A stretch of DNA of 32,523 bases, from the NCBI GenBank assembly GCA_902489295.1, contig CABTZM010000001.1, forward strand, positions 1 to 32,523. Reading direction: 5' to 3'. The stretch's first letter is position 1. Each line of letters opens with the position of its first letter. The notes beneath the pieces were generated by a model. That model worked only from the letters and a program-made list of their open reading frames with translations, made no database searches and was not told where the DNA came from. Positions 16,959 to 25,512 of this stretch are shown one piece after another. A program made the translations under genes and the position numbers. This DNA comes from an uncultured Collinsella sp. GTDB taxonomy: Bacteria; Actinomycetota; Coriobacteriia; Coriobacteriales; Coriobacteriaceae.

Positions 16959-19472
16959 TTATAGGTAGCGGCCGGTGATGCTTGCGGGGCAGGCCACGAT
17001 GTCGCCCGGCGTGCCGGCGCAGACGATTTGCCCGCCCGCGTCACCGCCGCCCGGGCCCATGTCGATCACATAGTCGGCGTTGCGGATAAGGTCGAGGTCG
17101 TGTTCGATCACGACAACTGTGGCGCCCTTGGCGACGAGGCCGTCGAACACACTCAGCAGCACCTGAACATCGAGCGGGTGCAGGCCGATCGTGGGCTCGT
17201 CGAACACAAACACGGCATCATCCTGCACGCGGCCCATCTCGCTCGCGAGCTTAAGACGCTGCGCCTCGCCGCCCGAAAGTGCCGGCGTGGGCTCACCGAG
17301 CGTGAGATAACCCAATCCCAGGTCGTGCAAGGTCTGCAAGCGCGCCTGTACCTTTTTGAGTCCCAGCGTGGCGTCGAGGGCCTCGTCCACACTCATGTCC
17401 ATGAGCTGCGGCAACGTCAGTAAGCTCCCGTCCTTGCCCTCGCGATGGATATGCGAAGCCGCGTCTGCATAACGTGAGCCGCGACATGCCGGACAGACGA
17501 TCTCGACGTCGGGCAAAAACTGCACGTCGAGCGATATCGAGCCCGTGCCATCGCACGTAGGGCAGCGCAAAGCGCCAGTGTTGTAGCTAAAGGCGCCCGC
17601 CTTGTAGCCGGCTGCTTTGGCCTCGGGCGTGCGGGCGAAAGCGTGACGCAGCTCATCATGGATGTCGGCATAAGTCGCCACCGTCGAGCGCACGTTGGCG
17701 CCGATGGGCGTAGCGTCAATCAAATTTGCGCGGGCAATGCCCTCGGCATCGACCCAACGCACATGGCTTGGCAGGCGCTCGCCAGTTGCCTGAGCCTTGA
17801 GCGCCGGGATGAGCGTCTCGAGCACCAACGTCGTCTTACCCGAACCCGAAACGCCCGTCACCGCGACCAAGCGACCGCGCGGGATATCGACTTCGAGCGG
17901 TTTGACGGTATGGATGGCATCGGTCGCCATGCGGATATGGCCCCGGTCGAACATTTCGTCGTCAGCCACCTGCGGCCGCAAGCGCTTGGGCTCCGAGCGC
18001 AAAAACGGGGCGATGCGGCTGTCCTGCGATTGCTCGACCTCGTCCACCGTACCTGCAGCGACAACATTACCGCCGCCTGCTCCGGCAACGGGGCCCATCT
18101 CGACCAGATAATCGGCTTCCGCCAGTACGCGCGTGTCGTGGTCGACAACGACCACGGTGTTGCCGTCATCCACCAAATCGCGCATCACGCCTACCAGGCC
18201 GTCGACATTGGCAGGATGCAAGCCAATCGAGGGCTCGTCCAGCACATAGAGCACGCCCGTCGATCGGTTACGCACCACGCGGGCGAGCTGCACGCGCTGA
18301 CGCTCGCCCGTGGAGAGCGTGGCACCGGCGCGGTCGAGTGAAAGGTAATCGAGGCCCAGATCGACCAGTCGACGGGCCGTGCTCAAAAACGAATCGCAGA
18401 TATCCGTCGCCATGGGCTGCATCTCGGCCGGCAAGGATGCGGGCACCCCGCGCACCCACTCAATCGCCTCACCCAGCGTCATAGCCGCGGCCTGCGCCAG
18501 ATTGATACCGCGCACCTGGGGATGGCGTGCGGCCTCGGAGAGACGCGTGCCGCCACAGTCACGGCATGGCCCCTCGCGCAAAAAGCGCGCCACGCGCTTG
18601 AGGCCCTTGTCGTCCTTAACCTTGGCGAGCGCATTCTCGACGGTATAGGCAGCGTTGTAATAGGTAAAATCGAGCGGCGTGGCGCCCTCGCCGTTTTTGG
18701 GAACGTAGAGAATGTGCTTTTTAACCGCCGGACCGTGGAACACGATGTCGCGCTCTTGAGGCGTGAGCTGGTTAAACGGCACGTCGGTGCGCACGCCCAT
18801 CTCGCCAGCCACCTGCTTCATCAGATCCCACATGAGTGTGCCCCAAGGAAGCACCGCGCCCTCGTTGATAGTCTTGGACTCGTCGGGCACCAGGCTCGCC
18901 TCGTCCACCTCGCGCATGACGCCGGTACCGCCACAGGTGGGACATGCACCGCCGCTATTGAAAGCCAAATCCTCGGCACTCGGCGCGTAGAACTCGCGGC
19001 CGCATGTCGGACACGTGAGCGACAGGCCTGCAGCCACGTTAAGGCTCGGCTCCACGCGCGCCCCGCAATGTGGGCACACGTGATGGGCGCAACGGCTAAA
19101 GAGCAGACGCAGACTATTGTTGAGCTCGGTCATGGTACCAAAGGTCGAGCGCACGCCCGGCACGCTCGGACGCTGGTGCAGCGCGAGCGCCGCCGGCACG
19201 TGCAATACCTCATCCACCTGGGCGTGCTCGGCCTGTGTCAGACGACGTCGAGTATAGGTGCTGAGTGCTTCCAAGTAGCGACGCGAGCCCTCGGCATAAA
19301 GAACCCCCAGCGCCAGCGAGCTCTTGCCCGAGCCCGACACGCCGGCAATACCCACGAGCTTTCCCAGCGGAATATCAATATCGATGTCCTTAAGGTTATG
19401 GACGCGCGCACCACGCACCTCGATAGCCTGCGGGCTCATCTTCTGTTCCGTCACCTTTATCACCCTACTCAT
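16959..19472 (-). CDS. UvrA paralog, class II (UvrA2/DrrC-like) ABC ATPase
   Basis: GARVHNLK, two Walker A (GVSGSGKS/T), LSTGERQR and LSGGEAQRLKLA, CxxC zinc modules. Exact start uncertain (19472, 19454 or 19439). Confidence 0.9.
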   Translation of the reverse strand: MSRVIKVTEQKMSPQAIEVRGARVHNLKDIDIDIPLGKLVGIAGVSGSGKSSLALGVLYAEGSRRYLEALSTYTRRRLTQAEHAQVDEVLHVPAALALHQRPSVPGVRSTFGTMTELNNSLRLLFSRCAHHVCPHCGARVEPSLNVAAGLSLTCPTCGREFYAPSAEDLAFNSGGACPTCGGTGVMREVDEASLVPDESKTINEGAVLPWGTLMWDLMKQVAGEMGVRTDVPFNQLTPQERDIVFHGPAVKKHILYVPKNGEGATPLDFTYYNAAYTVENALAKVKDDKGLKRVARFLREGPCRDCGGTRLSEAARHPQVRGINLAQAAAMTLGEAIEWVRGVPASLPAEMQPMATDICDSFLSTARRLVDLGLDYLSLDRAGATLSTGERQRVQLARVVRNRSTGVLYVLDEPSIGLHPANVDGLVGVMRDLVDDGNTVVVVDHDTRVLAEADYLVEMGPVAGAGGGNVVAAGTVDEVEQSQDSRIAPFLRSEPKRLRPQVADDEMFDRGHIRMATDAIHTVKPLEVDIPRGRLVAVTGVSGSGKTTLVLETLIPALKAQATGERLPSHVRWVDAEGIARANLIDATPIGANVRSTVATYADIHDELRHAFARTPEAKAAGYKAGAFSYNTGALRCPTCDGTGSISLDVQFLPDVEIVCPACRGSRYADAASHIHREGKDGSLLTLPQLMDMSVDEALDATLGLKKVQARLQTLHDLGLGYLTLGEPTPALSGGEAQRLKLASEMGRVQDDAVFVFDEPTIGLHPLDVQVLLSVFDGLVAKGATVVVIEHDLDLIRNADYVIDMGPGGGDAGGQIVCAGTPGDIVACPASITGRYL

Positions 19473-20583
19473 GCCATAAAATGCGATCGCGAATGTACTC
19501 GCCCAGCATGGGCACGGTAAACCGGACAAGGCCGTATCCGGCAGCCTCGACGACGCGCTCGCGAATCAGACTTGCACGATATTTACTCGCCCAGCTCTGG
19601 GTACGGTCACAGCGTTCAATGATATCCGCCGTGCGCGTCGGCTTGTCCTCGTCAACCGCGATAGCCTCGATAAAGAGGCGCTGAGGGCTGCGCAGACCGT
19701 AATACAGAGGTGCGTCAACCGCTTCGTAGAACTCGGAGACGGCATCCGCATGGCCATTCTCGACATCGCGCCTTTCGATGACCTGCGAGCCACGCCGGAC
19801 AGCAGACCGCCACATGTAATAGCCCACCAGCTGAACCATATAGGGATGCCCCATGCTCTTGCGCGCCGCAAGGTCCGCCGTCTCCGCGTCAACGTAAAGA
19901 CCAGCGTCTTTGACCGTCTGGATATACGAATCGCGCACTTTGGGCAAAGATATTGCCCCCAACGTACGCTGCTGGGCACGCCGCAAAAACGTCACGCTCG
20001 GCTCTTCGAGCAGATCGTCAACCATACTGGGCAAGCCGGCGAACGCCAGCGCAAGACCGCGCTGGTCGCTATCGGGCAAGCCCGTGGCATCCTGGTCTCC
20101 GAGCACCTGCTGATAGAGGACGGCAAGAGCCGCCAGTTCCTCGATAGACGCCGATTGTGCCTCGTCAATCGCAAACAAGACGCCCTTGCCCGGACCGAGC
20201 TTCTTGAGACGCTCGTTGACCAGCCCTCGCAATGTCTCGCCTTTTGCCCGCGCCGCCTCGACCGACATCCGGCCAAACGACGGCCCAAACTCCATTGACG
20301 TCACAACGGGTTTATTCGAGCGAAGCGCGTCGGCCAAGCGGTCGCACAAACCAAGCGAAGCGGAATCGGAGACAACCGCCCATCCGCGCTCGCTGGCTAG
20401 ACGTTGCAGCTCCCGCAGGAGAACCGTTTTGCCATAGCCGCGGTTTCCCGTAATGAGCATGAGCCTGCCCGGCGCTCCGGCGCCGTTGTCGAGCCCTTCC
20501 TCAAAATCTTCGATGACCGACTCGCGACCGATGAGTATCGGAGGCCGCTTACCAGCTGTGGGCTTAAAGGGATTTGGATTCAT
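19465..20583 (-). CDS. AAA/P-loop ATPase with probable C-terminal winged helix
   Basis: NPFKP..G..P...GRE, Walker A GNRGYGKT, Walker B IDEAQ, GHPY.VQL and a C-terminal HTH-like segment. GAGGAGG RBS. Confidence 0.85.
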   Translation of the reverse strand: MNPNPFKPTAGKRPPILIGRESVIEDFEEGLDNGAGAPGRLMLITGNRGYGKTVLLRELQRLASERGWAVVSDSASLGLCDRLADALRSNKPVVTSMEFGPSFGRMSVEAARAKGETLRGLVNERLKKLGPGKGVLFAIDEAQSASIEELAALAVLYQQVLGDQDATGLPDSDQRGLALAFAGLPSMVDDLLEEPSVTFLRRAQQRTLGAISLPKVRDSYIQTVKDAGLYVDAETADLAARKSMGHPYMVQLVGYYMWRSAVRRGSQVIERRDVENGHADAVSEFYEAVDAPLYYGLRSPQRLFIEAIAVDEDKPTRTADIIERCDRTQSWASKYRASLIRERVVEAAGYGLVRFTVPMLGEYIRDRILWHE

Positions 20584-20617
20584 ATCGGCCTCCTCGGATT
20601 GGCAAACCCTGGTAACA

Positions 20618-20647
20618 GTTATACCAACTTATACCGAGTTATACCAA
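20618..20647. repeat. Three direct repeats with 10-bp period upstream of the AAA ATPase
   Basis: GTTATACCAA CTTATACCGA GTTATACCAA. Confidence 0.85.
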
Positions 20648-20650
20648 TAG

Positions 20651-20683
20651 CATGTGACAAAGGAACTGCCCCTTTGTCACATG
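20651..20683. repeat. 33-bp REP-like palindrome containing the GTPase stop codon
   Basis: CATGTGACAAAGGAACTGCCCCTTTGTCACATG, in the same orientation as the copy at 16922. Confidence 0.9.
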
Positions 20684-22680
20684 TGGCCGAAAAACTCGGC
20701 GTCTGCTGCTCGCCAGGGGCGGAAGGTGGCGGGATCGACCTTTACGTGCGCCGCAGCGGGTGCGTCGTACCATTTGACCGTGTAGCCGGCGCCGTGGGCG
20801 CAAAAGACCGAGTCGGGCGTGTTGGGCAGATCGGCCTCGGGCTCGTAGGCGGCAGCCTCGATTACGCGCTCGCCATCATGGCAAGCCGCATAACCGGCGA
20901 ACTCCAGGTACAGATGCCCGCGACCGCTCGTGTAGGCAGCCACCTCCAGCGCATAATCTTGCACCTCGGATGCCGGAACGCGACCCACAAGCTTCGCTCG
21001 GTCTCCCGCCATCGTCGGCGGCTCGTACTCGGCACCCATGCGTGTGGCATCTGACAACGCCCGGCCCACGCACTCCCCCGGCACCTCGAGCTCAAAGTGG
21101 TACCACGGCTCCAGCAACACGTCTGCGCCGACCTCGCGCGCCTGCATCAAACCCTGGCGAATCGCGCGATACGTGGCCTGGCGAAAATCGCCGCCCTCGG
21201 TGTGTTTGGCATGCGCGCGGCCGCCCGTGAGCGTAATGCGCACATCGGTGATGGGCGAGCCCGTCAGCACGCCCAGGTGGTCGCGCTCCATAGCGTTGGT
21301 GAGTGCCAAACGCTGCCAGTTAAGATCGAGCTCGTCGGTCGAGGTCACGGTGCCAAACTGCACACCCGAACCCGCCGGCAACGGCTCCAGGCGCAGATGC
21401 ACCTCGGCATAGTGGCGCAGCGGCTCAAAGTGGCCCACGCCCTCGACCGGCCGCGAAATAGTCTCCTTATAGAGAATGCCGCCGGGCTCAAACGCAACCG
21501 AAAGGCCAAAGCGATCGGCCAACACCCGCTGCACGACCTCGAGTTGCACGGCGCCCATCAACTGCAAATGGATCTGCTCAAGATGCGTATTCCAGCTTAC
21601 GCCGAGCATGGGATCTTCGTCCGCCAACTCACTCAGCGCTTTAAACACCGCATGAACGTCGTGTTCGCCCGGCAGCACCGTATAGGTGAGGACCGGAGCG
21701 ATGACGGGCGCATCGCCCGCGGGCTCCGTGCCCAGGGCGTCCCCTGGGCGAACGTGCGCAAGACCCGTCACGGCGCAAATACCGCCAGCAGCAACTTCTT
21801 GGGCAAGCTCATACTTCTCGCCGTTATAGATGCGTACCTGATCGACCTTCTGTTCCCACGCCTCGGCACTAGAATGCCCGCTGATCATCTGTTTTGCGCG
21901 CAGCGTGCCGCCGGTCACTTTAACCCAAGCCAAGCGCTCGCCACGATCCCCGCGGCTGATACGATAGACGCGCGCGGCAAACTCCGGGAGCCACGCCTGC
22001 TCACGCATCAGCGCGCATATACCATCCAGTAGCTCGTCAACGCCTTGGTCCTTGAGCGCCGAGCCGGCAAAGCAGGGAAAGAGCTTGCGCTCGGCAACCA
22101 TGCGCGACAGCGTTGCGACAGAAAGCTCACCCGCTTCAAGAAACTCCTCGAGCGCCGCTTCGTCCAACGCAGCAGCGTCCTCCTGAACGGCGCCGCCCGC
22201 CAGCAGCTCGTTGGCATCTAGGCAGCCCTCGGAAAGACGCTGCCCGAGTTGTGCCAGCAAAACATCGCGGCCGGGATTCTCCAAATCGATCTTGTTGATG
22301 AAGATGAACGTCGGGATGTCATAGCGTGCAAGCAGGCGCCACAGGGTTTCGGTGTGCCCCTGCACGCCATCGTTGGCGCCCACCACCAGAATCGCGTAGT
22401 CCAGGGCACGCAGTGTGCGCTCCGCCTCGGCAGAAAAATCGACATGGCCGGGAGCATCCACGAGCATGACGTGGGTATCGCCGTGGTCGAGCACGGCCTG
22501 CGACGAGAAAATCGTGATGCCGCGCTCGCGCTCGATCGTGTTAGTGTCCAGATGCGAATCGCCATCGTCCACGCGGCCACGCTTGCGAATGCGGCCCGCG
22601 TTGAACAGCATGGCCTCGGCCAACGTGGTCTTGCCGGCATCGACATGCGCCAAGATTCCAACGACCGCTTGCTTCGACAT
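20677..22680 (-). CDS. Tet-like / EF-G-related translational GTPase
   Basis: AHVDAGKTT, ERERGITI, DAPGHVDF, NKID, GHFEPLRHYAEV, HTEGGDFRQATYRA and LLEPWY. AGGAG RBS. Confidence 0.88.
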   Translation of the reverse strand: MSKQAVVGILAHVDAGKTTLAEAMLFNAGRIRKRGRVDDGDSHLDTNTIERERGITIFSSQAVLDHGDTHVMLVDAPGHVDFSAEAERTLRALDYAILVVGANDGVQGHTETLWRLLARYDIPTFIFINKIDLENPGRDVLLAQLGQRLSEGCLDANELLAGGAVQEDAAALDEAALEEFLEAGELSVATLSRMVAERKLFPCFAGSALKDQGVDELLDGICALMREQAWLPEFAARVYRISRGDRGERLAWVKVTGGTLRAKQMISGHSSAEAWEQKVDQVRIYNGEKYELAQEVAAGGICAVTGLAHVRPGDALGTEPAGDAPVIAPVLTYTVLPGEHDVHAVFKALSELADEDPMLGVSWNTHLEQIHLQLMGAVQLEVVQRVLADRFGLSVAFEPGGILYKETISRPVEGVGHFEPLRHYAEVHLRLEPLPAGSGVQFGTVTSTDELDLNWQRLALTNAMERDHLGVLTGSPITDVRITLTGGRAHAKHTEGGDFRQATYRAIRQGLMQAREVGADVLLEPWYHFELEVPGECVGRALSDATRMGAEYEPPTMAGDRAKLVGRVPASEVQDYALEVAAYTSGRGHLYLEFAGYAACHDGERVIEAAAYEPEADLPNTPDSVFCAHGAGYTVKWYDAPAAAHVKVDPATFRPWRAADAEFFGHM

Positions 22681-22755
22681 GGCTCTCCTCTTATTGCAAG
22701 CCCATCGCACGCGGCAACGGGCGTTCACGCTCCACACTGGATGATACAATTTACG

Positions 22756-22953
22756 GGCCGGTGGGCGAAGCGGGCCCTATCCCCCGACCGAGCTCATCGC
22801 CCCGCGTTGCCGCGCGGCGATTTTCGTAGGTTCGCGCCTTGCGAAAGCCGGCACCTCCCCTTTTTGTCTGCCCGGGTTCATCTGGGGCGGTAACAATGCG
22901 AGTCCCACAACGACGCGTTTTACCAAAAATGGCCCCACTCGGGGCCATTTTTT
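22756..22953 (+). ncRNA. Candidate 6S (SsrS)-like RNA
   Basis: Extended -10 TGaTACAAT at 22742-22750 and terminator at 22925-22953 define about 195 nt with no credible CDS. GTGGG/CCCAC end pairing. GACCGAGC, CGGCACC and CGGGTTCA motifs recall Firmicutes 6S RNAs. Confidence 0.5.
22925..22953. terminator. Bidirectional intrinsic terminator
   Basis: AAAAATGGCCCC-ACTC-GGGGCCATTTTTT. Confidence 0.85.
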
Positions 22954-22986
22954 ATTTGAGCTGGGTGATGATACGTGCCTTGGCTC

Positions 22987-23478
22987 CTACGCCTCGCGCA
23001 GCCAATCAAACGCGACACGCGCCGTGCCGTCGGACACATAGACGATACCGACACGCTCGAACCCCGCCTTGGCGATGGCGCCCTGCATGGGCAAGTTGTC
23101 CTCGTGCGTGTCAATACGCAGATGGTCGGCGCATTCCTTGGCAAAGGCAAACATCGCCGCCGCGATACCGTGCACGGTGCCGTCGGATGCCACGCGATGC
23201 AGCACGGCATACGGAGTGTCGCTGCGCCATTGACCGTCCTCAATCACGTCATAGCACTCGTCCGGACCCGGTAAAAAGGCAAACGTCGCCACCACGCGGC
23301 CATCGAGTTCGCACACGTAACTGCCACCAGCGGCAATATCGGCAGCCAGCTGCTCGGCCGAAGGCGTGCCCTCGGGCCACTGCGTGGCGTTGCCATGCGC
23401 GCGCATAAAGGCGCGGGCCGCGTCATAGATAGCCATGACGGCGGGAATGTCGGTATCGAGGGTTTTTCTGATCATCAC
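22987..23478 (-). CDS. GNAT family N-acetyltransferase
   Basis: IRK..D..IY..AR.FM..GN.TQW, LHRVAS and RIDTHEDNLPMQ...GF. Start GTG 23478 or ATG 23475. Confidence 0.85.
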   Translation of the reverse strand: MMIRKTLDTDIPAVMAIYDAARAFMRAHGNATQWPEGTPSAEQLAADIAAGGSYVCELDGRVVATFAFLPGPDECYDVIEDGQWRSDTPYAVLHRVASDGTVHGIAAAMFAFAKECADHLRIDTHEDNLPMQGAIAKAGFERVGIVYVSDGTARVAFDWLREA

Positions 23479-23552
23479 GCGGCGACCTCACGTTTATTGG
23501 TATCACTTTGATTGAGCAATGATACCAACGTTTGGAGAGGAGCGCGAAGCAG

Positions 23553-23849
23553 ATGGGGAGCAAAAAGCGAGCCGCCTGGTCAAAAGCCAAAAGCGAGTTT
23601 TTGGGCGCTGCCACCGGCGGCGATATGAGCGACCTGTTTGCACGCGAGGACGAGCGCCGCGACGCCCTGGACGCCGAGCGCGACGAGGCTTGGCGCTATA
23701 AGTCGTGCGAGCGCAAAAACCGTTACGACACACGCGCCGAAGCCGAGGCCGTTATGGCCGACTGCGAAAACCGCGGACGGCGTGGTTTGGCCTGCTACAA
23801 ATGCGAATACTGCGGCGGCTGGCACCTGACGTCGCACCCTTGGAAATAG
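23553..23849 (+). CDS. Small hypothetical protein with zinc-ribbon-like motif
   Basis: CERKNRY...YKCEYCGGWHLTS; GGAGAGGA RBS; host-like codon usage. Confidence 0.75.
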   Translation: MGSKKRAAWSKAKSEFLGAATGGDMSDLFAREDERRDALDAERDEAWRYKSCERKNRYDTRAEAEAVMADCENRGRRGLACYKCEYCGGWHLTSHPWK

Positions 23850-23897
23850 ACCCCGCATCGGCACGGCGCTGGCGAAGCGCCAGCCATCGTGCACAAG

Positions 23898-24602
23898 CTA
23901 CGGGCGCGGCGGCACCAAAACATCGTAACGAACGGCCTTGCCCGTAAGCTGATAGCTCGGCTTAACGCCGGCAAGCAGCGGCCCCTTCACCGGTCGCTTG
24001 ATAACGACCTTGCGCGGGTGCACCGCAAGCGCAGCTTCGACCAGCGTCTCCTCGTCGGCGCACGGCTGCTCCAGATGGTGCAAGAGCTGAAACTTCTTTT
24101 TCACCGCCGCGCTCTTGGTGCGCTCGGGAAACATGGGGTCCAGATACACCACGTCGGGGGCCGCGAGCTCGCCTTGCTTGATCAGCTCGGCCGTATGGCG
24201 AAGGCCGGCAATGCTGTCCTCGCCCGCATGTAAGCGCATGCGCGCCACAGCAGCCGCAAGCGCCGGATCATCTGCCGCGCGATCCAAGGCGTCCTTGAGG
24301 AGTGCCGCGATTACGCAATCCTGTTCATACAGATCGACGGTAAAGCCCGCCGCCGCCAGCAGCAGCGAATCCTCACCAAAGCCCGCCGTGGCATCAATCG
24401 CCCATGGGCGCTCGATGCCTTTTGTGCGCGCAACCTTTACCAGCAGCTCTTGCTGCAGGCGGCCCTGCTTGAGTCGTGGCAGCATGCGGCCAAAATCGGC
24501 GCGCAGTTCCATCGTGCCGTCGGTGAGCGTGAGTCCCTCGGACTTCCCGGTCAGCTCAAGCCCCGCGGCCCGAGCAACAGAAAAGGGATCGACGACGCCC
24601 AT
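23898..24602 (-). CDS. Class I SAM methyltransferase, RsmJ (YhiQ)-like
   Basis: DATAGFGEDS, VVYLDPMFP, KVVIKRP and GKAVRYDV. ATG 24602 after AAGGAG. Confidence 0.82.
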   Translation of the reverse strand: MGVVDPFSVARAAGLELTGKSEGLTLTDGTMELRADFGRMLPRLKQGRLQQELLVKVARTKGIERPWAIDATAGFGEDSLLLAAAGFTVDLYEQDCVIAALLKDALDRAADDPALAAAVARMRLHAGEDSIAGLRHTAELIKQGELAAPDVVYLDPMFPERTKSAAVKKKFQLLHHLEQPCADEETLVEAALAVHPRKVVIKRPVKGPLLAGVKPSYQLTGKAVRYDVLVPPRP

Positions 24603-24665
24603 GGACACTCCTTAGCAAACAAAACGAATACGTGAGCGCCACCTCAGTTGGCGCCCAACCGTCCG

Positions 24666-24809
24666 TTATTGTCCCACATGCGACATGGTCCACAGCATCC
24701 CAATGCAAAGCACCGCCATCAATCCCGTGCACACGGCAGCGATCACAGAATCACCCATGCGCCTTCCCAACGACCGCGGTTCACGCACTTGCTCTGGTCC
24801 GTACATCAT
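24666..24809 (-). CDS. 47-aa single-pass membrane small protein (below ORF-track cutoff)
   Basis: AAGGAGGAG RBS then MMYGPEQVREPRSLGRRMGDSVIAAVCTGLMAVLCIGMLWTMSHVGQ*. Confidence 0.65.
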   Translation of the reverse strand: MMYGPEQVREPRSLGRRMGDSVIAAVCTGLMAVLCIGMLWTMSHVGQ

Positions 24810-25037
24810 GGCTCCTCCTTAGACTCGCTTCTTATCACGGCCTCATCATCGCAGCGCCGCACATGAGCTGCCATCGATTTGACTTACAGCTGGCTTTCCT
24901 TTTTGAAAGATTGCCCTGCACAGGCGAGAAGCGCTTTCTAACACACACGCCGTCACGTTGAACTACAATGTGCTTCACGATATGTGCAGCATATGGGACG
25001 CGCCAGACTGGCAGCGCCCGAATCGAAAGGACTACCT

Positions 25038-25439
25038 ATGAGCGCCGCGCGCAAGACACTCAAAATCCTTGCCCTCATCTATTTTGTTTTGGGCATCGCC
25101 AGCCTCGTCATCGGTATCACCGGCATCGCAACCGGCAAATTTGAATCCGTCTACGGATCGAACGCCATGCTCGCCGCGGTCGTGCTTGTCGCCAAGGGCG
25201 TTATCGACCTTGCCGCAGGTGTTGCGGGCATCAAGGGCGCCAACAAGCCTTCGCAGGTGGATGGCGCGTTTAAGCTCGGCATCGTTGCCGCAATCGCCAC
25301 GATTGCGCAGGCTGTGCTCACCCTTCCCGCGCTCGGCGGCAGCGCCGTCAATATTGGAGCCTTTGTCATCGTGGTCTACGACCTGTTCTTTGTTCAGCAG
25401 GCACACGCCGTCAAGGCCGAGAACAAGGACCGCCTGTAA
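25038..25439 (+). CDS. Hypothetical membrane protein (about 4 TM)
   Basis: Four hydrophobic segments, GAAAGGA RBS and a downstream terminator. Confidence 0.8.
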   Translation: MSAARKTLKILALIYFVLGIASLVIGITGIATGKFESVYGSNAMLAAVVLVAKGVIDLAAGVAGIKGANKPSQVDGAFKLGIVAAIATIAQAVLTLPALGGSAVNIGAFVIVVYDLFFVQQAHAVKAENKDRL

Positions 25440-25476
25440 GCGCTCACTTCTCATAGCCTCTGCAGCCAAGTAACTA

Positions 25477-25512
25477 AAAGGGCCGATCGCGCATATCCGC
25501 GGTCGGCCCTTT
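25477..25512. terminator. Intrinsic terminator, probably bidirectional
   Basis: AAAGGGCCGATCGCG...CGCGGTCGGCCCTTT. Confidence 0.7.

Noticed and set aside
16959..19472. Canonical uvrA
   Set aside because: It is shorter and lacks the UvrB-binding domain, so no gene symbol was assigned.
20677..22680. tet(W)/tet(M)-type tetracycline resistance gene
   Set aside because: It lacks the YSPVST domain IV loop of true ribosomal protection proteins and has host-like composition with no mobile context; it belongs to the Tet-like clade.
22839..23408. ORFs crossing the 22750-22980 intergenic region
   Set aside because: Low-complexity Arg/Pro-rich translations without an RBS that run through a strong terminator; an RNA gene explains the region better.
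24632..24961. Plus-strand ORFs 24632-24961 and 24648-24866
   Set aside because: No RBS and atypical composition; the minus-strand 47-aa ORF has a strong SD and a coherent TM helix.
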